Shown in pieces: positions 9,335 through 19,000 of a stretch of DNA of 64,000 nt. The DNA is taken from positions 22,562 through 86,561 of the forward strand of contig CAZBQQ010000003.1 of assembly GCA_964493965.1 (NCBI GenBank), in the 5' to 3' direction. Both the position numbers and the translations under genes were made by a program. Every line of letters starts with the position of its first letter. Position 1 is the stretch's first letter. The DNA comes from an uncultured Solibacteraceae bacterium (GTDB lineage Bacteria > Acidobacteriota > Terriglobia > Bryobacterales > Bryobacteraceae). Below the pieces are notes generated by a model. That model was not told the origin of the DNA. It was given only the letters and a program-made list of their open reading frames with translations, and searched no databases.

Positions 9335-9365
9335 CCGGACCGAACCATCGCAAAACGGAGGCAGC

Positions 9366-10979
9366 ATGACTTACGACCAGATCAAGAAGAACGTCTATTA
9401 CGATGCTCCGAACGAGTATCCGCACAGCAGCCGGAACCACTTCGAGGACTTCACGGACTACCATCTGCCGCTGGCGCGCCTGCACCACGCGACGGTGCAC
9501 GACCGCGGCGTGGCGTTAGGGTTGGAGGTGAGCGGGGCTCCCGGCGATACACAGGTTTCCGTCAACCCTGGAGTCGCCGTGGATGGCGTGGGCGAGATGA
9601 TCGTACTCTCAACCACCGGTCACGGCGACATCGGCGCGGACCCGCCCAACGGCAACAACAACGAGGTCGCCGTCCCGGTCCTGCTCCCGCTCTCTTTGGT
9701 TGGCCAGAAGTCGTATGTGACCATCCAGTTCTCGGAGATTAACCGCGTCACCGAAGGGTCGGGCGGCCGCATGGAGCAGGTGCCTTGGGTCCGCTTGCAG
9801 CCCGTCGCGGGCGCCGGCGCGTACGTCGACGACGGCACTTCGGTGATCCTGGCCATAGTCAACGTCTCGGGTGCCGGAGCGCTGACCACTCTTTCCGACA
9901 GCGACGGCGCGCTGCCCTTTCGCCGCTCCACGCTTGGAGAGCCGGTCGGCGAATTGCGCGTGCGCCGCTCCCTCACCAATGCCAATCAGGTGCAGGAGAA
10001 GCTGTCCGGGCGGCTGACAGCCGGCGTCGGAGGCGGGCTCCAACTCACCGTTCCGAACAGCGGAGACGCCATCGTCCTCTCCAAGGACGGCGGGACCAAC
10101 CTGTCGCGCGTCGAGACTCACGCCGACACAGTCGTGTGCAAGGACGGGGCCGGACGGCCGGCGATGAATCTGGATTCCAATCACGCCGTCCTCAGCGTTG
10201 GAACGCAGGGCAACGGCGGCGATTTCCTGTGCTTCGATGCCAACGGCCATTTAGGCCTGGCCTATGACGGCGACGAGTACCGGCTCGATATCGGCGCCAC
10301 CGGCGGCGCCGGCCATCTTTTCATGCGCAACGCCCAGGCGGCGCTCACCATGCACCTGGATGGCAGTGCGAGCGCGGTCAACGCGAACAACCTGAATCCG
10401 TTCGGACAGTCGGTGATCGACGTCGGCGCCCGATTCTTCCGCATCCACGGCTGGGACCTGGTCCTCGACGGCCGCTCGGGTGGAAACAAGCGCGCGCTGG
10501 TCGACTGGACCAACAAGCTGGCCATCAACTTCGCCGGCGACTACGCCAACGGCGTCGAGGTGATGAGCGGGATGCAGGTGGACGGAGTCCTTACCGACGG
10601 CAGCGGCACCTCTCTGATGGGCAACCCGGTCAGCAAGGTGATGGTGAACGGCAATCTGGCAGTGAACACCTCGGTAACATTCGACGTCGACCTGGGCTCC
10701 GCCAAGTTCTTCACGGCGTTCTGCCAGTACACCCTGATCGACTCCCTCGACGCCTTCGACGGTGACAACGCGGTCTCGATCGAGGTCTACAAGGTGGACG
10801 GCAACAGGACCGACCCCCCCTGGATATGGGACGACGGTCCGAAACTCGGTCACCATGGCGACGACAACAATGTTCACGCGCCTTGGTTCAGGGGCACTGG
10901 GCAGGTGATCACGTTTCGCATACAGGCGATCGGGCCGGATATCGCCGCCGCAGGTGTCGGCTTCGTATTTTTCGAATGA
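9366..10979 (+). CDS. putative tail fibre / receptor-binding protein (fibre slot)
   Basis: 537 aa from ATG 9366 with a GGAGG RBS; the track ORF start at 9144 overlaps the previous gene. The position after the gpI-like gene is the fibre slot. No family motif was recognised. Confidence 0.5.
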   Translation: MTYDQIKKNVYYDAPNEYPHSSRNHFEDFTDYHLPLARLHHATVHDRGVALGLEVSGAPGDTQVSVNPGVAVDGVGEMIVLSTTGHGDIGADPPNGNNNEVAVPVLLPLSLVGQKSYVTIQFSEINRVTEGSGGRMEQVPWVRLQPVAGAGAYVDDGTSVILAIVNVSGAGALTTLSDSDGALPFRRSTLGEPVGELRVRRSLTNANQVQEKLSGRLTAGVGGGLQLTVPNSGDAIVLSKDGGTNLSRVETHADTVVCKDGAGRPAMNLDSNHAVLSVGTQGNGGDFLCFDANGHLGLAYDGDEYRLDIGATGGAGHLFMRNAQAALTMHLDGSASAVNANNLNPFGQSVIDVGARFFRIHGWDLVLDGRSGGNKRALVDWTNKLAINFAGDYANGVEVMSGMQVDGVLTDGSGTSLMGNPVSKVMVNGNLAVNTSVTFDVDLGSAKFFTAFCQYTLIDSLDAFDGDNAVSIEVYKVDGNRTDPPWIWDDGPKLGHHGDDNNVHAPWFRGTGQVITFRIQAIGPDIAAAGVGFVFFE

Positions 10980-10994
10980 AAGGAGAGATCCAGC

Positions 10995-11585
10995 ATGAAC
11001 ATTCCGATGCAGGCGAGCCCAACCATACAGTACGTCGTGTATGACAAGACGACCGGTCAGATCCTCCACCAGCACACCCGCTACAGCGCCGAGAAAAACG
11101 CCCATGTCGAGGTTCCTCTCGATGAGCTGAAAGCAAGTCTGTTCACGGATGGCTCCATCCTGGCGCGGGTAACCGGCAAGGATGCCGCCAACCTGGACAT
11201 CATCCAGGTCGGCCCAAAGACTCCGGGCGCAGAACGCCTGGGCCGCATGGTTGTCGACCCGAAAACCCGTGTCCTGGTCGACAAGCCAGCCTTGACGCTG
11301 ACGCCTGACAAGACCCAGATCGCGGGCGATGGCCAGGCGAGCGTCAAGATCGCCATCCGGGCCGTGGGCGCCGATGGCAAGCCCGTCCGCAGCCTCGACG
11401 ACAAGCTTAAGGTTGTCACCAGCCGCGGGAAGCTCTCGGCCACGGGAGGCCTGGTCGAGCTGGTTCAGGGCCAGGCCACCATCACGCTGACCTCTGTCAA
11501 CGAGACCGTCAGCCGCGTGATGGTCAAGGCGTCTTCGATCGCGGGCGTTTGCGTCACCGGGGACGTGCGGCTCGAATTCGTGTAG
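10995..11585 (+). CDS. hypothetical protein with C-terminal bacterial Ig-like (Big_1/invasin-type) domain
   Basis: 196 aa with an AAGGAGAG RBS. LTLTPDKTQIAGDGQASVKIAIRAVGADGKPV...GQATITLTS resembles Big_1 repeats. Confidence 0.55.
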   Translation: MNIPMQASPTIQYVVYDKTTGQILHQHTRYSAEKNAHVEVPLDELKASLFTDGSILARVTGKDAANLDIIQVGPKTPGAERLGRMVVDPKTRVLVDKPALTLTPDKTQIAGDGQASVKIAIRAVGADGKPVRSLDDKLKVVTSRGKLSATGGLVELVQGQATITLTSVNETVSRVMVKASSIAGVCVTGDVRLEFV

Positions 11586-11612
11586 TTCCAGCACTGAACG
11601 GAGGGACGCAGC

Positions 11613-12599
11613 ATGGTCCAGCGCAGTGTGGCAAAGCGACAGTGGGCCGCGGCGAAGTTGTACGAGACTCCGGACGCTCGCCTCAAGGCGTTTCTCTATC
11701 ACGTCGACGCGTACACGACTGAGTGCTGGGACGATGTGGTCGCCCTGCTCCGCAAGGACTACTACGACCTGTTCGACCAGATCGTGCCGCCGCTGGTCGC
11801 CTCTTCCGACAAGGCCCTGCGCGTGCAGCTCTTCCTCCACATCGATCCAAAACAGCCCAAGGAGTTGGATCTTCTGCGCCAGTTCATCCGCCAGGCTGAT
11901 CCCGTAAAGGACCAGCCGGAACTGAAGGCGATCGCCGGATTCAACCATCCGGCGCTGCAGAAGGAAATCGCCGGCCGGCCCGAGATAGCGGCTGTGCTGG
12001 CGCCCTCCGCGCCGCCGCGAAGAGCCGTGACCAACGTGCGGCCGGCTCCCGCGACCGCCGCCGGCCCTCCGCCGCCTTCGAAAAAACCGGAGTCCAAGGA
12101 TCAACCGGAGCCAGCCGCGATCGCCGTTGCGAGCAATCCGGCGCCGCAGCAGGACATTGCCGTGCGCCCCTCCGCGCCGCCGCGAAGAGCCGTGACCAAC
12201 GTCCGGCTGCCTCCCGCGCCCGCCGCCGAGCCCCCGCCGCCCCCGAAAGAACCGGGCCCCAAGGATCAACCGGAGCCAGCCGCGAGCGCCGGCTCCAACG
12301 ATCAGGCACCGCCGCAGGAGATTGCCCGAAAGCCCCCGCCGCGAAGAGCGGCGACCAAGGTGCGGGCGGCTCCCGCGCCCGCCGCCGCGCCTCCGCCGCC
12401 GCGGAAAGAACCGGGCCCCAAGGATCAACCGGAGCCAGCCGCGAGCGCCGGCTCCAACGATCAGGCACCGCCGCAGGAGATTGCCCGAAAGCCCCCGCCG
12501 CGAAGAGCGGCGACCAAGGTGCGGGCGGCTCCCGCGCCCGCCGCCGCGCCTCCGCCGCCGCGGAAGAAACCGCGCCGCAAGCCGCGGGGTAAGGCATGA
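11613..12599 (+). CDS. Pro-rich basic tandem-repeat protein
   Basis: 328 aa with a GGAGGGA RBS. A globular ~100-aa N-terminus is followed by four ~53-aa repeats (DQPEP...PPRRA-TKVR-APAPAA-PPPP-K) and a polybasic tail RKKPRRKPRGKA. The stop overlaps the next ATG (ATGA at 12596-12599). Confidence 0.6.
   Translation: MVQRSVAKRQWAAAKLYETPDARLKAFLYHVDAYTTECWDDVVALLRKDYYDLFDQIVPPLVASSDKALRVQLFLHIDPKQPKELDLLRQFIRQADPVKDQPELKAIAGFNHPALQKEIAGRPEIAAVLAPSAPPRRAVTNVRPAPATAAGPPPPSKKPESKDQPEPAAIAVASNPAPQQDIAVRPSAPPRRAVTNVRLPPAPAAEPPPPPKEPGPKDQPEPAASAGSNDQAPPQEIARKPPPRRAATKVRAAPAPAAAPPPPRKEPGPKDQPEPAASAGSNDQAPPQEIARKPPPRRAATKVRAAPAPAAAPPPPRKKPRRKPRGKA
11910..12575 (+). repeat. coding tandem repeat, ~159-bp period, 4 copies; the last two copies are identical over 162 nt
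   Basis: nt 12245-12406 and 12404-12565 are identical by direct reading. The earlier copies are diverged. Confidence 0.85.
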
Positions 12600-15500
12600 A
12601 TCGTAGCCGGGCCGACAAAACGCCCGCTGTTCGCACCGTTGAGAGTGCGGCGCAGGTGCGGGAACACGAGCCCGCGCTGGCGATCGCCAAGGCCCAGGGC
12701 CTGCGCGGTTTGCAGCCGCTGGCGGGCAATCGCGCTTTGCTAGCGATTCTCTCGGGCGCGCCCGGCGCGGGTGCACGGCCCCATCGCCACCGGATCGAAA
12801 ACGTGGATGGCGGCCCTGGATCAGAGGAGCTGCGAATCGATGGCGCCCCTGTCCTGCGTTACCCGCGCAACGCGCCGCCTGTCTCGGCTGCGTGGTCGGA
12901 CCTTCGGCCGGACCTGATCCACCTCGCACTCTCCGCCAAAACCGCAGCCGGCGCCCGGCAGAACGCTCCCGGCCTGATGCGGCTGGCCCTTCGGGGGATT
13001 ACGGTGGTGCCCCATGAGGGCGAGGTTCCGCGGCGCTACGGCGAGACAAGGCGCGTCGAACCCCTGCCCGCCCCGCCCACTCCCGCGCAGGGCGAGGCCG
13101 CCTATCATGCGGGCCAGGCGGATGCCGCGGATAGCGATGCCTCCCCTCCCGCGATCGTCGAACCGCCGCCCGAAGATGGCGAATCGGACCAGCCCTCCGA
13201 ACGCGAGGCCGATCGCGTCGCCGCCGCCGTCGCCGGCCGCGCCCCGCCCCGTGTTAGCCCGCTTCTGCCTCTTCACGAGCGCGTTTCCTCGCGGCGTGCG
13301 CGCTTCGGACCCGGTGCCGCCCTCTCGCGCCCCCTGCGCGAGTTCTTCGAGGCGCGATTCGGCCGCTCGCTCGCCGGCGTCGGCATCCACACCGGCCCGG
13401 AGGCGGAGCGCGCCGCGGAAAGGGCCGGGGCGCGCGCCTTCGCCTACGGCTCCTCCATCGTCTTCAACCGCTCCGAATTTGCTCCGCAGTCGCCGGCCGG
13501 CCGCGAACTGCTCGCCCACGAGCTGACCCACGTGGTGCAGCAAGTGGAAAGCGGTCGCGCTCCCGTCATTCAGCGCGACGCCAAGAAGGAGCAGCCTCAG
13601 CAGACGAGCGTCACCGGCGTAACCGTCTACTGCACCGACGACCCCTTCTCTTCGAGCTACATCGTCTTCGCCACGGCCACAGGCAATCTCACCTACGAAT
13701 TGAGCGACTGTACGGTTCCGGAGGGAGGTTACGAGACCACGGTTACCGTCGAGGGGAAGAAGGTTCATTGGGACTTCGGCGATAAGTTGGTGGGCGGCCA
13801 GCAATACGAGTTCGGCTTCAAGGTACTGCCCGGCCAACGCGACCCCGCGACCCTCTTCAAAAAACAGAAGAAGGTTCACGTCGACGTCATCAAGAAGACC
13901 CTCTTCGCGTTCGCGCCGTCGGAAGATAAGCAGGAGGAGCCGGAGAAGCCGTCGCTCGCCGACCGCGTCGCCGCCTTCAAGCGTCTGGTCAAGGCCGCGG
14001 GCCAGGCGCGCATGGCGGGCAACCGCTCCGCGCTCGCGGACTGGCGCCAGTTCCTCGAACAGCAACTGCAGCCCAAACAGGTGGAGCGCATGGCTTACTC
14101 CCAGGACGTCCGCGACCTCCAGGTTCGGGCCGTGCAGGAGGGCGGGCAGGCGCTGCAGGCTTACGACCAGGCCGTCACTTCAAAGAACCCAATCCGGCGA
14201 ATGAAGGCCGAGGGCCAGGTGAGGGGCGAGAATCGGGTCTGCATGGGCTGCCACCTGGAGCTTCTCGCCGACCAGTTGGAAAAGGAGACTCCGAAGTACC
14301 TGCAGACCGGCCGCGAATGGGAAGCGCCGGTGGACATCTTGAAGGACTACGCCGCCGACGAGATGAAGTCCCCCACGCCCCGTCCCACCTTCGCCAAGCC
14401 GCTCAAAGGCGAGGGCATGCCTCCCGAATACCGCATCGACAACCAGGCGCTTCCGGGTGCAACTTCCGCTTCGGCCTCCTTGACCAAGATCCAGCCCTTC
14501 CTCCTCGTCCTCGGACCCGCCAACTACGACGTGCTGCCGGAAAACCTGCTGGTGACGCACACCGAGCCCGCCGAGGTCCTGACCGAAATCGTGAACCGCA
14601 TTGAGGAGCGCCGCGCCAAGTTTGCCGCCTTCTCGAGGAAGATCGGCGAGCCCGACTTCGATTACCTCACGCTCCGGCCCATCGTCCGCGAGTTGCTCCC
14701 TTTGCAGGACGAGGCCGTCCAGAAAGCCATCGAAGAGGAGATAGAGGTCGCCGAGACCTGGGAGAAGGTCAAGAGCGTCCTGATGTTCGGCCTCACCATC
14801 GCCCTGCTCCTGCTGGCCATCTTTCCTCCCACCTCCGCCATCGGCATCGCCGGCGTCGCGGCCCTGGAAGCGGGCATGGGGGCCTACGCGATCTATTCCG
14901 GCATCAGCGCTTTCGAGCAGGGCTACATGCTCTCGCTCGGCAAGGGCGCCCACGACGTGCTCGACAAGGAACAGCAGGAGGCCGCCAACCAGATGATGGT
15001 CATGGGCGCGATCACCGCCGTGATGGGCGCGATTGGCCTCAAGAATGCCGCGGTGAAAGGCGTCAAGCTGGTGCGCGGCGGGCCGACGGCGGTCACCGGC
15101 GCCCTGAAGCCGATCGACGCCATCGAGGGCGAGGCCGGCGGCAACAAGATCGCCATCACCGAGATGTCGGGCGGCAGCCCCAAGGTGAAGGTCACCTCGC
15201 CCGAAGGCAAGGTGCTTTACGACGGACCGCTCAAAGACATGCCGCAGGAAGGTTTCGGCGGCGGCACCACGGGCGCCCCTCCCGAGCCTGGAGGGAATCT
15301 GCTGCAGCAACAGCGCGCCGCGGCCTGGCAACGTCTCGCCGCGTCCAAGGAGGCCGAAGCCGCCGAGTTGGAACGCCGCGTCGCCGTAATGAAGGATGTC
15401 GACAAGGCCGCGAAGTTCAAGGATCAGGCCGCCGCTCTGCGCAAAGAGGCAGCCAGCCTGAAGGAGGAGTCCGCCGAATACGCCGCCGGAACCCGGTCGG

Positions 15501-16030
15501 CGACCGCGGATCTGCCGACCAATGAGGAGATCGACGCCGAGATCGACAAGCTCGCCGCCGGGAAAGGCGCGCCCCAGCAGAAGGTCGAAGTGCCGCTTTC
15601 GAAGAGCGAGCAAACTCCTGCCGAACTGCCGCGCCTGGAGCGCGGGCTGCTGAAGACTGCGCGCGGCCGCGTGGTCTTCCGAGTGGAGGGCAGCGGCAGC
15701 CGTACTCTCCTCAACGTCGATCCGGCCGGAGCAGTCACTACCACGCCGGGCACCGCATATCTGAACTTCGGCTCGGTCGAACGGGCCCTCGAGTTCCTCG
15801 CCAAGCGCGGTCCCGGCGCAAGAATCGTGGCCTTTGAGGTGGAGGAGAGTTGGGTACAGTCCCTGCGTTCCGCCGCCGTCCCCGAGCGTGGAACGAAGTT
15901 CCTGCAGGGACAGCCGCGATTGGTCGACGTACGCTTCGCCGAAGACCAGATGGAAATTCCAGCGAACCTGCTACCGGAGATGGAGAAATTCATCGTTCCG
16001 GGATCGGCCAAGGTCGTGATCACCAGGTGA
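12596..16030 (+). CDS. large DUF4157/HExxH protein with central hydrophobic segments, coiled-coil region and unknown C-terminal domain (candidate CIS cargo)
   Basis: 1144 aa. It has a LQPLAGNRALLAIL leader and the DUF4157 core LREFFEARFGRSLAGVGIHTGPEAERAAERAGARAFAYGSSIVFN...GRELLAHELTHVVQQ (HELTH at 13517-13531). Hydrophobic stretches lie at about nt 14760-15045. An Ala/Glu/Lys-rich helical region follows. Confidence 0.8.
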   Translation: MNRSRADKTPAVRTVESAAQVREHEPALAIAKAQGLRGLQPLAGNRALLAILSGAPGAGARPHRHRIENVDGGPGSEELRIDGAPVLRYPRNAPPVSAAWSDLRPDLIHLALSAKTAAGARQNAPGLMRLALRGITVVPHEGEVPRRYGETRRVEPLPAPPTPAQGEAAYHAGQADAADSDASPPAIVEPPPEDGESDQPSEREADRVAAAVAGRAPPRVSPLLPLHERVSSRRARFGPGAALSRPLREFFEARFGRSLAGVGIHTGPEAERAAERAGARAFAYGSSIVFNRSEFAPQSPAGRELLAHELTHVVQQVESGRAPVIQRDAKKEQPQQTSVTGVTVYCTDDPFSSSYIVFATATGNLTYELSDCTVPEGGYETTVTVEGKKVHWDFGDKLVGGQQYEFGFKVLPGQRDPATLFKKQKKVHVDVIKKTLFAFAPSEDKQEEPEKPSLADRVAAFKRLVKAAGQARMAGNRSALADWRQFLEQQLQPKQVERMAYSQDVRDLQVRAVQEGGQALQAYDQAVTSKNPIRRMKAEGQVRGENRVCMGCHLELLADQLEKETPKYLQTGREWEAPVDILKDYAADEMKSPTPRPTFAKPLKGEGMPPEYRIDNQALPGATSASASLTKIQPFLLVLGPANYDVLPENLLVTHTEPAEVLTEIVNRIEERRAKFAAFSRKIGEPDFDYLTLRPIVRELLPLQDEAVQKAIEEEIEVAETWEKVKSVLMFGLTIALLLLAIFPPTSAIGIAGVAALEAGMGAYAIYSGISAFEQGYMLSLGKGAHDVLDKEQQEAANQMMVMGAITAVMGAIGLKNAAVKGVKLVRGGPTAVTGALKPIDAIEGEAGGNKIAITEMSGGSPKVKVTSPEGKVLYDGPLKDMPQEGFGGGTTGAPPEPGGNLLQQQRAAAWQRLAASKEAEAAELERRVAVMKDVDKAAKFKDQAAALRKEAASLKEESAEYAAGTRSATADLPTNEEIDAEIDKLAAGKGAPQQKVEVPLSKSEQTPAELPRLERGLLKTARGRVVFRVEGSGSRTLLNVDPAGAVTTTPGTAYLNFGSVERALEFLAKRGPGARIVAFEVEESWVQSLRSAAVPERGTKFLQGQPRLVDVRFAEDQMEIPANLLPEMEKFIVPGSAKVVITR

Positions 16031-16040
16031 AGGATCGGCT

Positions 16041-19000
16041 ATGAAGCGCGCCCACGCCGGCAAGGTCAGACCCCGCCCCGTTCGCAACCGGGGCGCCAAG
16101 GCTCCGCCCGCGTCCGCTCAGGCGCCGCCCGCTGTGCTCGGGCTGCAATCGCTGATCGGGAACCGCGCCGTCGCGTCTATGCTGCGGCGTAACGCCGGCC
16201 GCCAGCCAGGCATCCCGGTAAGGGCGGCGCTCCAATCCTCCGGCAGGCCCCTCGATGACGGGACGCGAGCTGAGATGGAGCAGCACTTCGGCGAGGATCT
16301 CGATACGGTGCGGGTTCACTCCGGCCCGCGCGCAGCCGCCACCGCCGACGCCGCGAACGCGCTCGCTTTCACCGTCGGTGACGACGTAGTCTTCAACCAG
16401 GGCCAGGTGTCCGCGGATCGCGCCGACTCCGAAGAGCTATTGACTCACGAACTGGCCCACGTGGTCCAGCAGCGGCGTGGCGGCCAGGCGCGTGCGGGCT
16501 CCGCCGCGCCGGAGCAGTCCGCGGCGAAAGCAGCCGCCGATGTGGCCGGCGGCGCCGAACGCGTCGATCTGCCCGCCGGAAGCATGGTCGGCATGGCCCG
16601 GCAAGACAAGCCCGAAACCCCAGGGCCCAAGGTGGGATACGTTGAAGCGGGCGAAGGTCTGCAGGAGGTCCAGGTTGACGGCGTCGGCGTCATCCGGTAT
16701 CCGAAGGACAACAGCCTCCAGGATGAGCAATTCGCCGTTGCCATCGGCTGGACAACCGACGAGCCTGGAACGCTGAACATCGCGATCCGCCGCAAGACCA
16801 CCACGCCCGTGCGCGTCGACCAGGCAGCCATGTCGCGGCTCGCCGCCCTCGGCTACAACAAGGTGGTGATCAACGAGTACCCAATCCCGGTGGACCTCAG
16901 GGAACATCCCGGGCCGCAGTTCCGGCCGCTGCCGCCCCCGGAGGCGCGCCCGAAGCCGAAGCCCAAGCCCAAAGCACCGCCCCCGAAGATCGAAGCGAAG
17001 CCGCCCGACTTGCCGCCCCTGCCTGCGCCGGATGTGGACGAACTGCCGCAACTCCCGCCGCCGGAGCTGCACGACGTCCTCGCACCGCCACCTCCGCCTC
17101 CTCCCACGCTGGTGCAGCCGGTCGAGAGCGACATTGTGCCGCCGCCCACGCCCCATCTGGAAACGATCGAGCCACCGCCGCCCGTGCGAACGCCGGAGGA
17201 GTTGATCGACGACCACACGAGTTGGCTGAATCTCGACGAGCAGGCGCTGGGCGCCGATCTGCTCAAGCGAGCCTTGCGTAGCGACCCCGACTACGTCCAG
17301 CGCGTCATCGATTCGTTGGGCTCCACCGACCAGGATGATGTGTCCTTGGCTTTCGCCGAAGCCGCAACCGACGAGCAGCTTCGCCAGCTCGCCGGGACCC
17401 CCGAAGGCCGTCGCCTCCTGGACCGCCTCTTCGACGAGCTGACCGCCGGGGAAGTCTTCGAGGACGAGCAGAAGCAGGCGGACCGCATCCTCGCCATCAA
17501 GACCAAGGCGGTGATGACGGCGGAGGTATTCGCCAAGGGGTTGGAGAAGGCGAAATCCAGCCTGATTCTGCCTTACAGAAAACCCGGCATTACAGTGCTG
17601 ACCCCCTCGCCCATATACGCGCGCCGTCTCCCCGATGGCAAGATCGCCGTCCACCTCCGTTTCGACATTTTCGGCACCGATTACTTTTACGATCGCGATC
17701 TGCGCCTGCCGTCCAGGATCTGGGACGAGGTGATCCTCGACGAAACCGACGTCGTGGGAGTGAAGTTCTACGACGAGGGCGGGACCGTGGGCTACTTCCC
17801 CGCGCTCTACCTGTTGCAGCTCGAGAACGAATCGACGCGAGTGGCGCTCGAGAAGGCTGGTGAGGCATTCGGCACCGGCCTGACGTTCGGGTTTGGAGGC
17901 GAGGTGGCGGCCGGGGCCGAAACGGTGGAGGGTCTGGGCGCCGTCTCGACTGTGGCTCGCGTCGGCGCGGCCGCTCGCACTGGCCTGGTCTGGGCCGACC
18001 GTATCGCCTTGACGCTAGATCTCACCAACAGCGTCATCCAGGAACACCGCGGCTGGATTATCGAGACCTGGCCGGACCAGGGCCGCGAGTTCGTCACCAG
18101 CCTCGACCAGATCACAGCCTACGTTCGGATTTACGGCCTGGCGCGCGGCGGCATTGGCCTCGTGCAGCTGGGGAATGGCCTGCGCAAGAACTACGCCAAC
18201 TGGCGCGCCGCCGTCAGAGCGGCCAAAGAACTGGACGCGAGCGACCTCGAGAACATCGAGCAGGTTGGCAAGCAGACCGAGGCTTTGCTCCAAGCCATCG
18301 ACGATGCCGAGAAGGCCGGCCCGCCGGCCGTCAAGCCAGCTGTCGCAGGGACCGGGCCGCCTCCCGACCCTGAGTCGCTCGCCGACACGGCCGCCAAGTC
18401 GCCGATCCGCTCCGTAGTACAGGGCGAGGGACAAACCACCGCGGCCAAGACCGGCCACCTCAAGGTGGTCGGAGGGAAGAAGGAACTGACGCCTGCCGTC
18501 AACGCTGCCGAAGAGCTCGAGGAAGCGGAGCAGGAACTTCGGGCGGTTTCGGGCGATCCGAGGGCCGTGCGCCGGGTGGTGGCTCCGAAGAAGGCGCCGA
18601 AGACCGTTACCACCACCGCCGGCGGAACTGTCGGCGAAACCACCGAGGCTGTTCCCAAGAAGGGGGGCGGGCGCGGCGGAGGCGGCAGCGGTACAACGGG
18701 CAAGGCGATCGAGAAGAAGGAGATCAAGCGCTACGTCGCCGAGCGGCTCAAGGAACAACTGCAGGGGCACAAGCCCGATCCCACAGAATTCCTCACGTTT
18801 CACGAGCAGGTGACCATCCGCGGGAAGAGCTATGGCGGCAACAGCACCTTCAACGACATCGCGGAGGGTTTGAACAACTCGTCCACTCTGCGGCAGCAGG
18901 GCCTCAAACCGGCGCTCCCGCTGGACCCCAAGAAGGTCGACGCACTACTGAAAGAGGGCCAGATCAACTTCATCAAGCGCAACGCCGACCTGAGCACCCT

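Noticed and set aside
1-11585. Interpretation of the tail genes as a prophage or as a type VI secretion system.
   Set aside because: No head, portal, terminase, integrase or lysis genes and no TssJ/L/M, TssK or ClpV genes are present in the window. The presence of DUF4157, DUF6760-like and LysM-tube genes fits CIS loci. The upstream flank is unseen, so the rejection is provisional.
5800-17654. Long minus-strand ORFs across the CIS operon (5800-7293, 7202-9367, 10251-12929, 12821-14065, 14180-15613, 16437-17654).
   Set aside because: They lie antisense to plus-strand genes that have clear family motifs, RBSs and operon packing. Their translations are Arg/Gly/His/Asp-rich low-complexity strings with no motifs. 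This is the expected artefact of stop-poor GC-rich DNA.
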